From Planctomycetales bacterium (GTDB taxonomy: Bacteria; 4484-113), in assembly GCA_037441675.1 (NCBI GenBank), contig JBBIRS010000003.1, positions 64,001 to 128,000 on the forward strand: 64,000 nucleotides of DNA. Reading direction: 5' to 3'. The notes below the pieces were generated by a model that saw only the letters and a program-made list of their open reading frames with translations, made no database searches and was not told the origin of the DNA. Below, one piece after another: positions 19,538 through 28,731 of this stretch. A program made the translations under genes and the position numbers. The number at the start of each line of letters is the position of its first letter. The stretch's first letter is position 1.

Positions 19538-20319
19538 CTAGTTTCCTCCGTTTCCATTACGCTCGTCAATCCAACACGCAAGCCCACAAAACTGGCGAGA
19601 TTCCTTAGAGCGAGTTTAATTCCAGCTAGATAGCACTCTCTTGAAATTGTGCGATGATAAATGCTTAGAGTTTCGCCTTCTGAGCCAAATATCACGCACT
19701 GTTCCGCAAGAACGCCGTCTAGCCTGATTGAGTGGATATTTACCCCGGAGGCGTTTAGCCCTCTAGCGGTCGGTTGTTCTTCTTGTCCTTTAAGGTTTTC
19801 CTCTGAATTTTGAAATGCTTCGGAAATTGCTTTTGCGGTGGCAAGGGCGGTTCCACTGGGAGCATCCAATTTGCCCCTATGATGCGCTTCAACAATTTCC
19901 ACCTGATTAAAGTATTTACTCGCAAGATTTGAAAACATTATCATTAGGTTTGCCCCCAGTGAAAAGTTCGGAACGACCAGACAGGAAGTGTTGTTAGCCT
20001 TAGCTGAGGCATCTAGCGCTTCCAAGGTTCCATCCGGGTATCCAGTTGCGCCGACCAGGTACCTTTTCCTCGCAGAGAGAATCTTTGGACCTTGTTCAAA
20101 GACCGCTTGCCCAACGGAGAAGTCCACGATATGCGTGGCGGGGCTAGCAAGAAATTCCTCAAGGTTATTTGTTACATCGCCTAGGTTTTCCAGCTTTCCA
20201 CTCTGTTTATCATAGAGGGCGCAAACATTAAATTCAGGCTCTTTGGAAAGATGTGCAGAAACTATTCTGCCCATTTTGCCAAGAGCGCCAACTATTCCAA
20301 CTTGAATTACTTCAGTCAT
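19534..20319 (-). CDS. dapB: 4-hydroxy-tetrahydrodipicolinate reductase
   Basis: GALGKMG, VGATG, PNFSLG, EAHHRGKLDAPSGTA, IHSIR. Confidence 0.95.
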   Translation of the reverse strand: MTEVIQVGIVGALGKMGRIVSAHLSKEPEFNVCALYDKQSGKLENLGDVTNNLEEFLASPATHIVDFSVGQAVFEQGPKILSARKRYLVGATGYPDGTLEALDASAKANNTSCLVVPNFSLGANLMIMFSNLASKYFNQVEIVEAHHRGKLDAPSGTALATAKAISEAFQNSEENLKGQEEQPTARGLNASGVNIHSIRLDGVLAEQCVIFGSEGETLSIYHRTISRECYLAGIKLALRNLASFVGLRVGLTSVMETEETR

Positions 20320-21004
20320 TTTCGCTCATAGTAGGAACGCTACTTCCGACTAGCGGATGATCAGCTTCCGCTCGCATTTCCGTAGGTAGAAGCTCGTTTA
20401 TTGCGCTCATTATCTTATCTGTTAACTTAACAAGTTCTTCTCTCGGTATAATCTCCATATCCATTCTTTCAACGTAGATTGGCTTGCCAAATCTGACTTT
20501 GACCTTCGTTGGTTTTATCAATTTGGAGTGTTTACGCATAGCTTTATCAGTGCCGATAATTGCGGATGGCACAACTGGGCAACCCATCTTTAGCGCTATT
20601 ACCGCGGCACCGGTTTTGCCCTTTTGCAAATTTCCGGTGATGGAGCGGGTCCCTTCAGGAAAGATTATTATCGCCCTTTCTTTTTTCACATATTCTTCCG
20701 CCAATTGAAGCGCCCTTTGCCCTCTGCTTCGGTCAATTAGAATTGTTCCAAGCATCTTCATAAACAGCGCAAGGGGTTTCACGACAGTTAGCTCTTGTTT
20801 GGCGATATAATATACATGCCTTGGAACGCTTATTCCTAATATTGGAGGATCTAAATGTGAAAGATGGTTGCTTGCAATAATCACTCCGCCTTTTTTCGGG
20901 ATATTTTCAGCGCCCTCTACCTCCAGGCGGAAAAGTAGCCTGGCTATTATCCAAAGTATGAGCTTGGTTATAGCGTAAAACGCTCTCCAAGCTATCTCCT
21001 TCAC
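20312..21004 (-). CDS. plsC: 1-acyl-sn-glycerol-3-phosphate acyltransferase
   Basis: SNHLSHLD (HxxxxD), AKQEL, IDR, FPEGTRS. Confidence 0.9.
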   Translation of the reverse strand: MKEIAWRAFYAITKLILWIIARLLFRLEVEGAENIPKKGGVIIASNHLSHLDPPILGISVPRHVYYIAKQELTVVKPLALFMKMLGTILIDRSRGQRALQLAEEYVKKERAIIIFPEGTRSITGNLQKGKTGAAVIALKMGCPVVPSAIIGTDKAMRKHSKLIKPTKVKVRFGKPIYVERMDMEIIPREELVKLTDKIMSAINELLPTEMRAEADHPLVGSSVPTMSEND

Positions 21005-21183
21005 AAGTAAATTATAGCAAAATGATGCACCTTTTAGCTATCGATAGTTGGTAGCAATTTATCTGAACATCTGAGCGCCTGAGGAATCGGAGATGATAGA
21101 TGCGTCACTGGAAAATCTGCCTTCTCGTTATGTTGCGGTTTATGATTTTTGGCGTTGGAACTTTAGCATCAAGGTAGGGCTTA

Positions 21184-21205
21184 AAAGTTTTCCTAAAGTT
21201 TTCCT
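21184..21205. repeat. 11-bp tandem direct repeat AAAGTTTTCCT x2
   Basis: Copies at 21184 and 21195, upstream of the polysaccharide deacetylase gene. Confidence 0.7.
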
Positions 21206-21229
21206 AGAGAATAACTTTGCTAGAATTTT

Positions 21230-23038
21230 ATGCGAGCACAGGTGTTGACTAGGTTTAATTCTAGGCTTTTTGCGGTTGCAATGGCGGTATCGCTACTCTT
21301 TGCATTGCAAGCTGGCGCGCTTAACCTAGCTTATCTGCTTCCAAACGTTAAAGTTACACCTCCGAAGAGTTTTTCCAACGGAGTTGTCTTAACTTTTGAT
21401 GACGGACCTGATTCGGTTTACACGCTAAAGATAGCTAAGATATTGGCTAGCAGGAAGATTCCAGCGGTATTCTTCTTGGTTGGAAGGCGTGTTAAACAAA
21501 ATGCAGAGGTTGCGAGGGAACTTTCAGAGCTTGGCTTTGAACTCGGCAGTCACGCCTACTCTCACAATGATTTAACTCAAATGACGAGAAGCGAGATTTC
21601 CGACGAGCTTCAAATGAGTGACAAGCTAATTATGGGCATAACCGGCAAAAGACCGCGCTTTTTTCGCCCGCCTTTTGGAACTTTCAACTCTGAAGTTATC
21701 TCTGAAGCTAAGAAGTTGAACAAACTTGTGGTTCTTTGGACACTTGACTCTCGTGACTGGACAAACATGGGAGTTGAAAGACTCACGAATAAGGTTGTTT
21801 CCGAGGCGAAGAATGGCTCTATTATCTTATTCCATAGCACCAACAGCGATACCCTGGAAGCTCTACCGAGAATCCTTGATGGGCTCTCTAAGAAGGGCTT
21901 GAAGTTTATAAATTTGGAGGAGTGGTGCATAAGAAACTTCCCAAATCTAAAGGAGTATCTAGTAAAGGGCGGAAAACCTCCTTTGGTGGAAGCGAAGGAT
22001 AAGATTGAGGGAGGTAAAGCAGAACAGCAAGAACCCCGAGTTTTATATCCACGCCTGATTTTCGGGCCTGTGGTTGAACAGAGGAGTGAAATGGCTGAAG
22101 CAAATGAAAAACTAACAAAATTGCCAAAGGAGGAGAAGGATGAGAAGGGGCAAGCTAAAAATTTAGTGGGAGGTGAAGCCACAAGGGAAATGAAACATAA
22201 GCAGAACTTGCGTGTTTATTCTAACGTTGATGCCTATGAGAGATTTCAAGACATATTTAATAGAGTGAACTTCCTGCCTCCACTTAGAAGGCAAGAGTTT
22301 AAGAAGGTGGATACTTGGAGGGATAAACTTCCAGCAAGAACGCTTTCTCCATTTGAGCAGGGGGTTCTACTCAACAGCAAGAAGTTTCCTGAGAATGTAT
22401 ATCCTCAGCCGAGGTTTTTCCTGTTGCTTACGGAAGAGCAGTTGTTTAACCTGAATACAGGCTTAGCGCAAAGAATTTTCTTTGAGGGCGGTTTCTCGGA
22501 GTGCTTGATACTCGTCTCGGAGAAACGTGAATTTACGGGAGACTTCGGTTTACCTGCGAGATACGTAACACCTGGTGAGTTTGACCCATACTCGGTTTTC
22601 TCACTTGGGGAGGAGCCGCTAACTCGCCTACTTGAGCTATATAAGGGAAAGAAGGAGTCTATTTTGGTGATTTTACCGTCTCTTTTAGCCACACAATCAA
22701 GTGAGACTAACGATATGGCATCAGTTTATGAGTTTGCACTTGAGGAGTTTCTGAAGTTCCGACAGCTTACCTACGATAGAGTTTATGATCCAGCTGAAAA
22801 GTTACAAGAGGCGCTGGGACTTCCGAAGGAATTTTCGCTTGCTAGATTCACGAGGCAGTCAGAACCGTTAATTCTAATCTGCCAAGATAAGCCTGCATTT
22901 ACCTTGCAGACAAACTATATGTTCAACAGATTCGCCCTACTCAATTTCTCCAAAAGTAAAGGTGCAGAAATTGTGAGGATAAGCCCGGGGCAATTGATAC
23001 AGAGTGAGCAAAGCGCTATTTACCTTCTACCTAGATGA
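21230..23038 (+). CDS. exported polysaccharide deacetylase (NodB/CE4) with long uncharacterised C-terminal region
   Basis: TFDDGP, HAYSH, RPPFG, WTLDSRDW, IILFH; N-terminal hydrophobic signal. Confidence 0.88.
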   Translation: MRAQVLTRFNSRLFAVAMAVSLLFALQAGALNLAYLLPNVKVTPPKSFSNGVVLTFDDGPDSVYTLKIAKILASRKIPAVFFLVGRRVKQNAEVARELSELGFELGSHAYSHNDLTQMTRSEISDELQMSDKLIMGITGKRPRFFRPPFGTFNSEVISEAKKLNKLVVLWTLDSRDWTNMGVERLTNKVVSEAKNGSIILFHSTNSDTLEALPRILDGLSKKGLKFINLEEWCIRNFPNLKEYLVKGGKPPLVEAKDKIEGGKAEQQEPRVLYPRLIFGPVVEQRSEMAEANEKLTKLPKEEKDEKGQAKNLVGGEATREMKHKQNLRVYSNVDAYERFQDIFNRVNFLPPLRRQEFKKVDTWRDKLPARTLSPFEQGVLLNSKKFPENVYPQPRFFLLLTEEQLFNLNTGLAQRIFFEGGFSECLILVSEKREFTGDFGLPARYVTPGEFDPYSVFSLGEEPLTRLLELYKGKKESILVILPSLLATQSSETNDMASVYEFALEEFLKFRQLTYDRVYDPAEKLQEALGLPKEFSLARFTRQSEPLILICQDKPAFTLQTNYMFNRFALLNFSKSKGAEIVRISPGQLIQSEQSAIYLLPR

Positions 23039-23727
23039 TTGAAGCGGGAAATTCTCTCTTAACACTTTATGTCTGTGAATCCCATTCAATAGAGCCAAGA
23101 GGTAACTTGATGTGGGAGGAGAGCCTGCTTCAGTCGCCTTACCCGATTATCGCTACATTTTATGTAAATTCGCCCTGTGTGATAATGGGAAGGTTCAACA
23201 GGGAGGAGGAATGGGTGAACACTGAGGCGATAGCTACCGATGGCATTCCGCTACTTAGAAGAGCGAGCGGTGGTGGTGCGGTATATCAAGATTTAAATAA
23301 CCTGAACTATGGCATTATCCTTAATAGAATTGACTTTAATCGCTTCAACTCAAGGAAGTTGCACTTGATGAGTTTTTTCCGCGAAATAGTCGTTAACGCT
23401 TTCGCTGAGGGAGAAATTTTTCTTGAGCAGAAAGGCAAGAGCGACATTTTCTTAAATGGCAAGAAGATAAGCGGAAATTCTGCCTTAATCAAGAAGGATA
23501 GAATTCTCTTTCACGGAACTATTCTATTCAAAGTTGACTATTCCGCGATGGAGCGATTCCTTCCCATTCCTTTGAATCGGGATAAGACGCTATCCCACAG
23601 AGCATTTGTGACGAGCTTGAGCGCAGAAAATGTTGACTTAACCATGAATGACGCTAAAAGACTTATCGTTCAGAAGTTGAAGGAGATGCTCTCAATTGAG
23701 AGGGTAGAGTGGATTCACGTTTCTTAG
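23035..23727 (+). CDS. lipoate-protein ligase A family protein (catalytic domain only)
   Basis: RRASGGGAVYQD, DIFLNGKKISGN, FHGTIL, VTSL. Confidence 0.88.
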   Translation: MIEAGNSLLTLYVCESHSIEPRGNLMWEESLLQSPYPIIATFYVNSPCVIMGRFNREEEWVNTEAIATDGIPLLRRASGGGAVYQDLNNLNYGIILNRIDFNRFNSRKLHLMSFFREIVVNAFAEGEIFLEQKGKSDIFLNGKKISGNSALIKKDRILFHGTILFKVDYSAMERFLPIPLNRDKTLSHRAFVTSLSAENVDLTMNDAKRLIVQKLKEMLSIERVEWIHVS

Positions 23728-24887
23728 CTTTTTTGAACGCATTTCTTGTAAGCCCTGAGCATATTTTCTTTGAAGAGCTCGCTCGTGTAAAGCTTGGAAA
23801 GAATTAAGGCTCTTTTGTGTAAACTTTCGTAAAAGTCTTTATCCAAGATTAACTTTGAAATTATGCCTGCCAACTCCTCCGGCGAGTTTGGGTCAAAAAA
23901 GATGGAAAAATTTTCATACTTGGCTAAAGGAATTTTGAGGTTCACGCTAGAAAACTTAGCGTTCCCGTTGAAAACCTGATTTGTTCCGTATATCTCTTTG
24001 TGAACGTTAATGTTGGAGAGGATAGATGGAACGCCCAAACTCATCGCTTCCAAGGGTGGAAGGTCAAAGCCTTCTTCTTTACTTGGAGCAATGAGGACAA
24101 ATGCGCGGAGGTAGGCTTCAAGCAAAGCATCTTCACTGAGATAACCGAGAAGATGAACTTGATTTTGCAGATTTAAGCTTTTAGCTACTTCCAAAATCTC
24201 TTGACCGTTGTTTATGGAAATGCCTGCGTATTCTATAACACAATCCTTGCGAAGATCATTTGGCAGGAGGCTTATGGAATGAAGGACTATTTCAAAGTTC
24301 TTGCGTTTCTCAAAGGAGCCAACTAGGAGGAGGGTAAAGGGCGCAGAGTGTGGTTTTTCAATAGTTAACTTTCGCTTCGTATTCTTACTCTCAAACCGAC
24401 TGTAAAGTGGGACAACATAAACTCTCTCCTCAGGAATTCTAAGGAATTGAATTACTTCTTGCTTTATCGTTTCGGAGTGACAAACGATAAGTTTAGCACG
24501 GCGCCATCCTGCAACCACGATGTTCTGGAAGTAATACTTGGCAAAAATGCCGAGAGGTGGTGACTTAAGTAAAATGAGGTCGTGAATTGTTACTAAAAGG
24601 GGGATATTTATGGGGTGGGGCGCTCCGAGACAGGGAGAGTGGAATAGGCTCGCTTCCCTTTTAGCTGTGTAGGAGTTGATTCTAATTGGAAGTTTTACCC
24701 TTTCCCAGAGAAGCCTTTCTGCGACACTTCTTAATGCTTTTTCCTTCGGTTCAGGAGTGAAGAGTTTGTGCGAAATTTTTTTCTCTTCTGAAAGCTTTTG
24801 CAACGCTTGCGTGAGCAAACGCGTGTATATCCCAAAGCCAGTTGGGATACTGCCTACCAGAGCTTGCCCATCAACGAGAATATGCAT
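23724..24887 (-). CDS. glycosyltransferase family 4
   Basis: TGFGIY, VTIHDL, VGSFEKRKN, PSKEEGFDLPPLEAMSLG (ExF..xE); start at MHILVDG. Confidence 0.9.
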   Translation of the reverse strand: MHILVDGQALVGSIPTGFGIYTRLLTQALQKLSEEKKISHKLFTPEPKEKALRSVAERLLWERVKLPIRINSYTAKREASLFHSPCLGAPHPINIPLLVTIHDLILLKSPPLGIFAKYYFQNIVVAGWRRAKLIVCHSETIKQEVIQFLRIPEERVYVVPLYSRFESKNTKRKLTIEKPHSAPFTLLLVGSFEKRKNFEIVLHSISLLPNDLRKDCVIEYAGISINNGQEILEVAKSLNLQNQVHLLGYLSEDALLEAYLRAFVLIAPSKEEGFDLPPLEAMSLGVPSILSNINVHKEIYGTNQVFNGNAKFSSVNLKIPLAKYENFSIFFDPNSPEELAGIISKLILDKDFYESLHKRALILSKLYTSELFKENMLRAYKKCVQKS

Positions 24888-24937
24888 CCAACTGGATTGT
24901 AGCACCGCTATGAACTTTGGGGGTATAATCTAAATGA

Positions 24938-25612
24938 ATGGGGAAGTTTAAGTTATTACTTTGCCTTTTCATTTACCCTTCAATAATGTTTTTCCTTGCG
25001 CCAAGCACTGCTTCACCAAGCATTAGGGAAGCTCCCTATTATCCAAGCTTTTATTACCCATTTCCAGCTACTTATCAGAGGAACCTTGTGAAGGTTTTCC
25101 GCGGATTAACCCCAGGGACTACCACATTGGAGGAAGTTCTTCGAACCTATGATTATCCGAAGTACATCATCAACGACCGTTATTTCTATTACGAAATGAG
25201 AAACACGTACCGGGGTTGGGATGATAGGGAAGATGTGTTCATAGAGTTTCGAAGGAGTAAGAAGCTTGGTAAGCCAAGATACTTAGGCGATCTAGATTTA
25301 ACCGCGGTAGTTTCAAAGGTCTTTGTATATTCGGATTATAGGATGGGTGAGCTTGCGACTTATATTGACCAGATTATTTCAATTACGCCGTATCCCTATA
25401 GCGTTTTTTATGAGCCCATAAAGGACTATTTCATCCTTGTTTTCCCAAATCAGGGCTATGCGATGTACTTTGATGGGGAAGAAAAGAGGCTGATTGCGGA
25501 AGCTTACTTTGAACCTAAGATTTGGAAGAGTAGCGAATACTTGAAAATTAGAAATCCTGGCTTTGAATTCAGAAAGTTTAAGAAGGAGCTGATTCCGAAG
25601 TTTTTACCCTAA
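24938..25612 (+). CDS. hypothetical exported protein
   Basis: 224-aa ORF with signal-peptide-like N-terminus; GLTPGTTTLEEVL segment. Confidence 0.7.
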   Translation: MGKFKLLLCLFIYPSIMFFLAPSTASPSIREAPYYPSFYYPFPATYQRNLVKVFRGLTPGTTTLEEVLRTYDYPKYIINDRYFYYEMRNTYRGWDDREDVFIEFRRSKKLGKPRYLGDLDLTAVVSKVFVYSDYRMGELATYIDQIISITPYPYSVFYEPIKDYFILVFPNQGYAMYFDGEEKRLIAEAYFEPKIWKSSEYLKIRNPGFEFRKFKKELIPKFLP

Positions 25613-25650
25613 GCCTGATTACTATGAGAGGCTAGTGATATAATCGGGTA

Positions 25651-26625
25651 ATGCTGAATCTCATTGGCGTCACGGTAGTCTTAGGACGTCGAACAATATT
25701 TGATAATCTTTGCTTCTCAATCAATGATCCCGGCTTATACTTTATCCTTGGCGCAAATGCCAGTGGAAAGACTACCCTTATGCGTGTAATGTCAGGTAGG
25801 TTCAAGCCACAAAAAGGTAAGGTCTTAATTTTTGGCGCGGAACTTTACAAGCTTTTTGGGCCAAGCGTTCCAGCTATTGAGGTTGTATCTGGAAGTTATA
25901 CGATGAACCTTGAGCTCACAATTGGGAGTATATTTCGCAGTCGGGCGGAAGCATTTGGATACAAGAAAAGTTTTTCAGATTTTTGCCGTTCATTTAACCT
26001 ACCGAAAAGTTGCGAAGAGCTTCAAAGGGCTACACCATCACAGCTCTCTAGTAGTGAACTTAAGGAGGTGGAGCTTGCGATGGTTCTTATGGGTTCTCCT
26101 TCCGTACTCTTCATTGATGACTGCTTTTTGTTTTTCAGTAGAGAAAGTATTGAGAGAGTGATGGAAAACCTGCGCTTCTTTAGCTTTTACTCTGAAGCCT
26201 CCGGAGGAGAGGCTAGGCAGAATGGGAGATTGGCGGTCGTTTTTTCTTCGCGCTTTTTCGGCAATATGGATGCTTTCAGGGATGTTTTCTTGCTAAGAGA
26301 TGGGAAACTTGAGGCTTTATCAAAACCTGTGATGGTCAATAGAGGAACTGATCCTTTGAAGGTTGAGGAAGATGAAAAGAAGAAGATGAAAGGAAGGGTG
26401 GTTGTGGTGCGATGCGGGGAGTATTTTTATCGGCACAGCAGAATTGAGGCGGAGAACGACTATTTCCTACTGCACGCTGTGCTAGAAAATTCACTGGTTA
26501 TTGAACTGAAGCAAAGCCTGGATCTTGCCATTTCCTACCTTGAACAAAATGGCCTGGATATCTTGGAACTTGATTTTGGAGAGAAAAATTTGGCTACAGA
26601 AATTGATATCGGCCATTCACTATAG
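25651..26625 (+). CDS. degenerate ABC-transporter ATP-binding protein
   Basis: Walker A GANASGKTT intact; signature LSSSE, Walker B LFIDDC, no H-loop His. Confidence 0.7.
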   Translation: MLNLIGVTVVLGRRTIFDNLCFSINDPGLYFILGANASGKTTLMRVMSGRFKPQKGKVLIFGAELYKLFGPSVPAIEVVSGSYTMNLELTIGSIFRSRAEAFGYKKSFSDFCRSFNLPKSCEELQRATPSQLSSSELKEVELAMVLMGSPSVLFIDDCFLFFSRESIERVMENLRFFSFYSEASGGEARQNGRLAVVFSSRFFGNMDAFRDVFLLRDGKLEALSKPVMVNRGTDPLKVEEDEKKKMKGRVVVVRCGEYFYRHSRIEAENDYFLLHAVLENSLVIELKQSLDLAISYLEQNGLDILELDFGEKNLATEIDIGHSL

Positions 26626-26687
26626 TGGATTAGCGGGAAATTGGAGGGAGTTTACGTTTTAAGAGAATAATCTTTTAAGACTAATCC

Positions 26688-27035
26688 TTAACTTTCCGCA
26701 TTTGTCTCCAATGCTTCTACTGCAGAATCTGTCGTGTCATAGATGTTCACAAACTTGTCCACTTTTATAGAAGTTAGAAGCTTTCTAACAATTGTTTTAG
26801 GTCCTGCTAGAGCTACTTTGCCCTGAGCGGTCTTAACGTCCTTTATGAGAATCACCAAATAACCTATCCCGGAGCTGTCAAAAAAGGAGACTTTGCTAAG
26901 GTCTATGACAACTTTGGGATACTGGCGAATGTTAAGTCCATCTATTAGGTTTCTCAGGTTCGCGAGGGTAGTTAAGGTGACTTCGTTGGATAGCTCTAAT
27001 ACAAAGACTCCTTTCTTCTTGTAATAGTTAATCAT
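26688..27035 (-). CDS. STAS-domain anti-sigma factor antagonist (RsbV/SpoIIAA family)
   Basis: VVIDLSKVSFFDSSGIG motif; 115 aa. Confidence 0.9.
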   Translation of the reverse strand: MINYYKKKGVFVLELSNEVTLTTLANLRNLIDGLNIRQYPKVVIDLSKVSFFDSSGIGYLVILIKDVKTAQGKVALAGPKTIVRKLLTSIKVDKFVNIYDTTDSAVEALETNAES

Positions 27036-27061
27036 TTTTTTGTCTTTTTAAGTTCTCTAGA

Positions 27062-28513
27062 CTATTTTGAAAAATGCCACCTAGTCCCGCTTTGAGTATC
27101 TTCCACCGTAACTCCCACATCGAGTAAGATTTGCTTTATTGAATCTGCTGTTTTGAAATCTCGTGCTTTTCGCGCCATATCCCTCCTGTTTATTAGTTCC
27201 TCCACAAGTTTCTTGAGAATGCTATTTTCCTTATTTTTTGTATTATCTCTCAAGAAGCGTTTCAGGTCAAGCCCAAGTATCTTGCAAAGCTTTTCAAAGC
27301 TGAGATATGCATACTTGAGCTCTCTCTTCTCCTTTGTTCCTTCTATACCAGTCTTATAGATTGAAGAAATAAAGTTATGAATCTCCGCTAAAGCGCGCGA
27401 TGTGTTCAGATCGTTGTCCATCGCCAAAACGAAGGCTTCTACTAGCTGCCTTGCGAGGTTAAGGTAAGGCGAGCCTTCGCTCAAATTTTCAAATTCTGTT
27501 ACCTCTTCATTCTCTACCTTTCCATCAAGCTCGTTGGTCACTATCCTAGAAAATTGGGATAATCTTTCAACTGCTTCTTTTGCGGAAGAAATTCCCTCTT
27601 GTGTTAAGTTCATCTGAGTCAAATAGTGCGAAGTTAGGAAGTGGTGCCTAACTTCTAGAGGTGAGAGGTTTTGAAGAAGCTGGCGCACGGTTATGAAGTT
27701 GCCTAAAGACTTACTCATCTTAACGCCATCAACTAGAAGGTGCTCAGGATGCATATAGTACTTTGCTAGCGGAACACCGTATGCGCCAAAAGTTTGAGCG
27801 ATTTCGTTCTCGTGGTGTGGAAAGAGGTTGTCAATACCTCCACCCTTAATATCGTAGGTTTCACCAAAAAAATGGTACGCCATGGTGGAGCATTCAATAT
27901 GCCAGCCTGGTCTTCCCTTTCCCCAGGGGCTTTCCCAGTAAGGCTCTCCCGGCTTTGCTGATTTCCACAGGGCAAAATCCGCAGGATGCTTCTTTCTTTC
28001 GTCTACCTCAACTCTTGCTCCTGCTATTAAGTCCTCTAAGGAGTATCCTGAAAGACGACCGTAGTCTTTGTATTTCTCAACAGAAAAGAAGACATCGCCG
28101 TTAATCGTGTATCCGTAGCCATTGGCTAGTATGAGCTTTATCGTCTCAATCATTTGCGGGATAAAGTCAGTTGCGTTGCAAGTGATGGTGTATGGAAGCG
28201 CACCAAGAGCTGATAGGTCTTCGTAAAATGTAGAAGTGTAAAATTCAGCCAATTGGCGGTAGTTGATACCAAGCTCATTGCTTCTGGCGATAATTTTGTC
28301 ATCAATGTCCGTGTTGTTAATTACCGCAAAGACATCGTAGCCTTTGAAGTCAAGGTACCTGCGTAGGACATCCCAAAAGAGGTAGGTTCGCGCATGACCA
28401 ATGTGCATAAAGTCATATACGGTCAGTCCACATACGTACATTCGAACAAAATTATGCTTTATCGGATGAAATTCCTCTTTGCGCCGAGTTAAGGTGTTGT
28501 AAATCCTCAACAA
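27062..28513 (-). CDS. cysS: cysteine--tRNA ligase
   Basis: YNTLTRRKEEF, MYVCG, HIGH, DIDDKII, GRPGWHIECS, KMSKS. Confidence 0.98.
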   Translation of the reverse strand: MLRIYNTLTRRKEEFHPIKHNFVRMYVCGLTVYDFMHIGHARTYLFWDVLRRYLDFKGYDVFAVINNTDIDDKIIARSNELGINYRQLAEFYTSTFYEDLSALGALPYTITCNATDFIPQMIETIKLILANGYGYTINGDVFFSVEKYKDYGRLSGYSLEDLIAGARVEVDERKKHPADFALWKSAKPGEPYWESPWGKGRPGWHIECSTMAYHFFGETYDIKGGGIDNLFPHHENEIAQTFGAYGVPLAKYYMHPEHLLVDGVKMSKSLGNFITVRQLLQNLSPLEVRHHFLTSHYLTQMNLTQEGISSAKEAVERLSQFSRIVTNELDGKVENEEVTEFENLSEGSPYLNLARQLVEAFVLAMDNDLNTSRALAEIHNFISSIYKTGIEGTKEKRELKYAYLSFEKLCKILGLDLKRFLRDNTKNKENSILKKLVEELINRRDMARKARDFKTADSIKQILLDVGVTVEDTQSGTRWHFSK

Positions 28514-28731
28514 TGTGCTTTCTCCATAAAGAATTATAACAAGCTGAAAGCTCTTGGCTTGATTTATCTGATTTTATTTTGAGGCTTATATTAGATGAAA
28601 GCAATAGTAGCGTTTAAGATTTTTAGAAATGTTGCTGTTTAGGAATTGACTAAGTCAGTTTTAATAAGGCGCGAAGGAATGCCCAAAGACCTAGCGATAT
28701 TGAGTTATCCAGTTCAAAGAGTTGATAAGCT

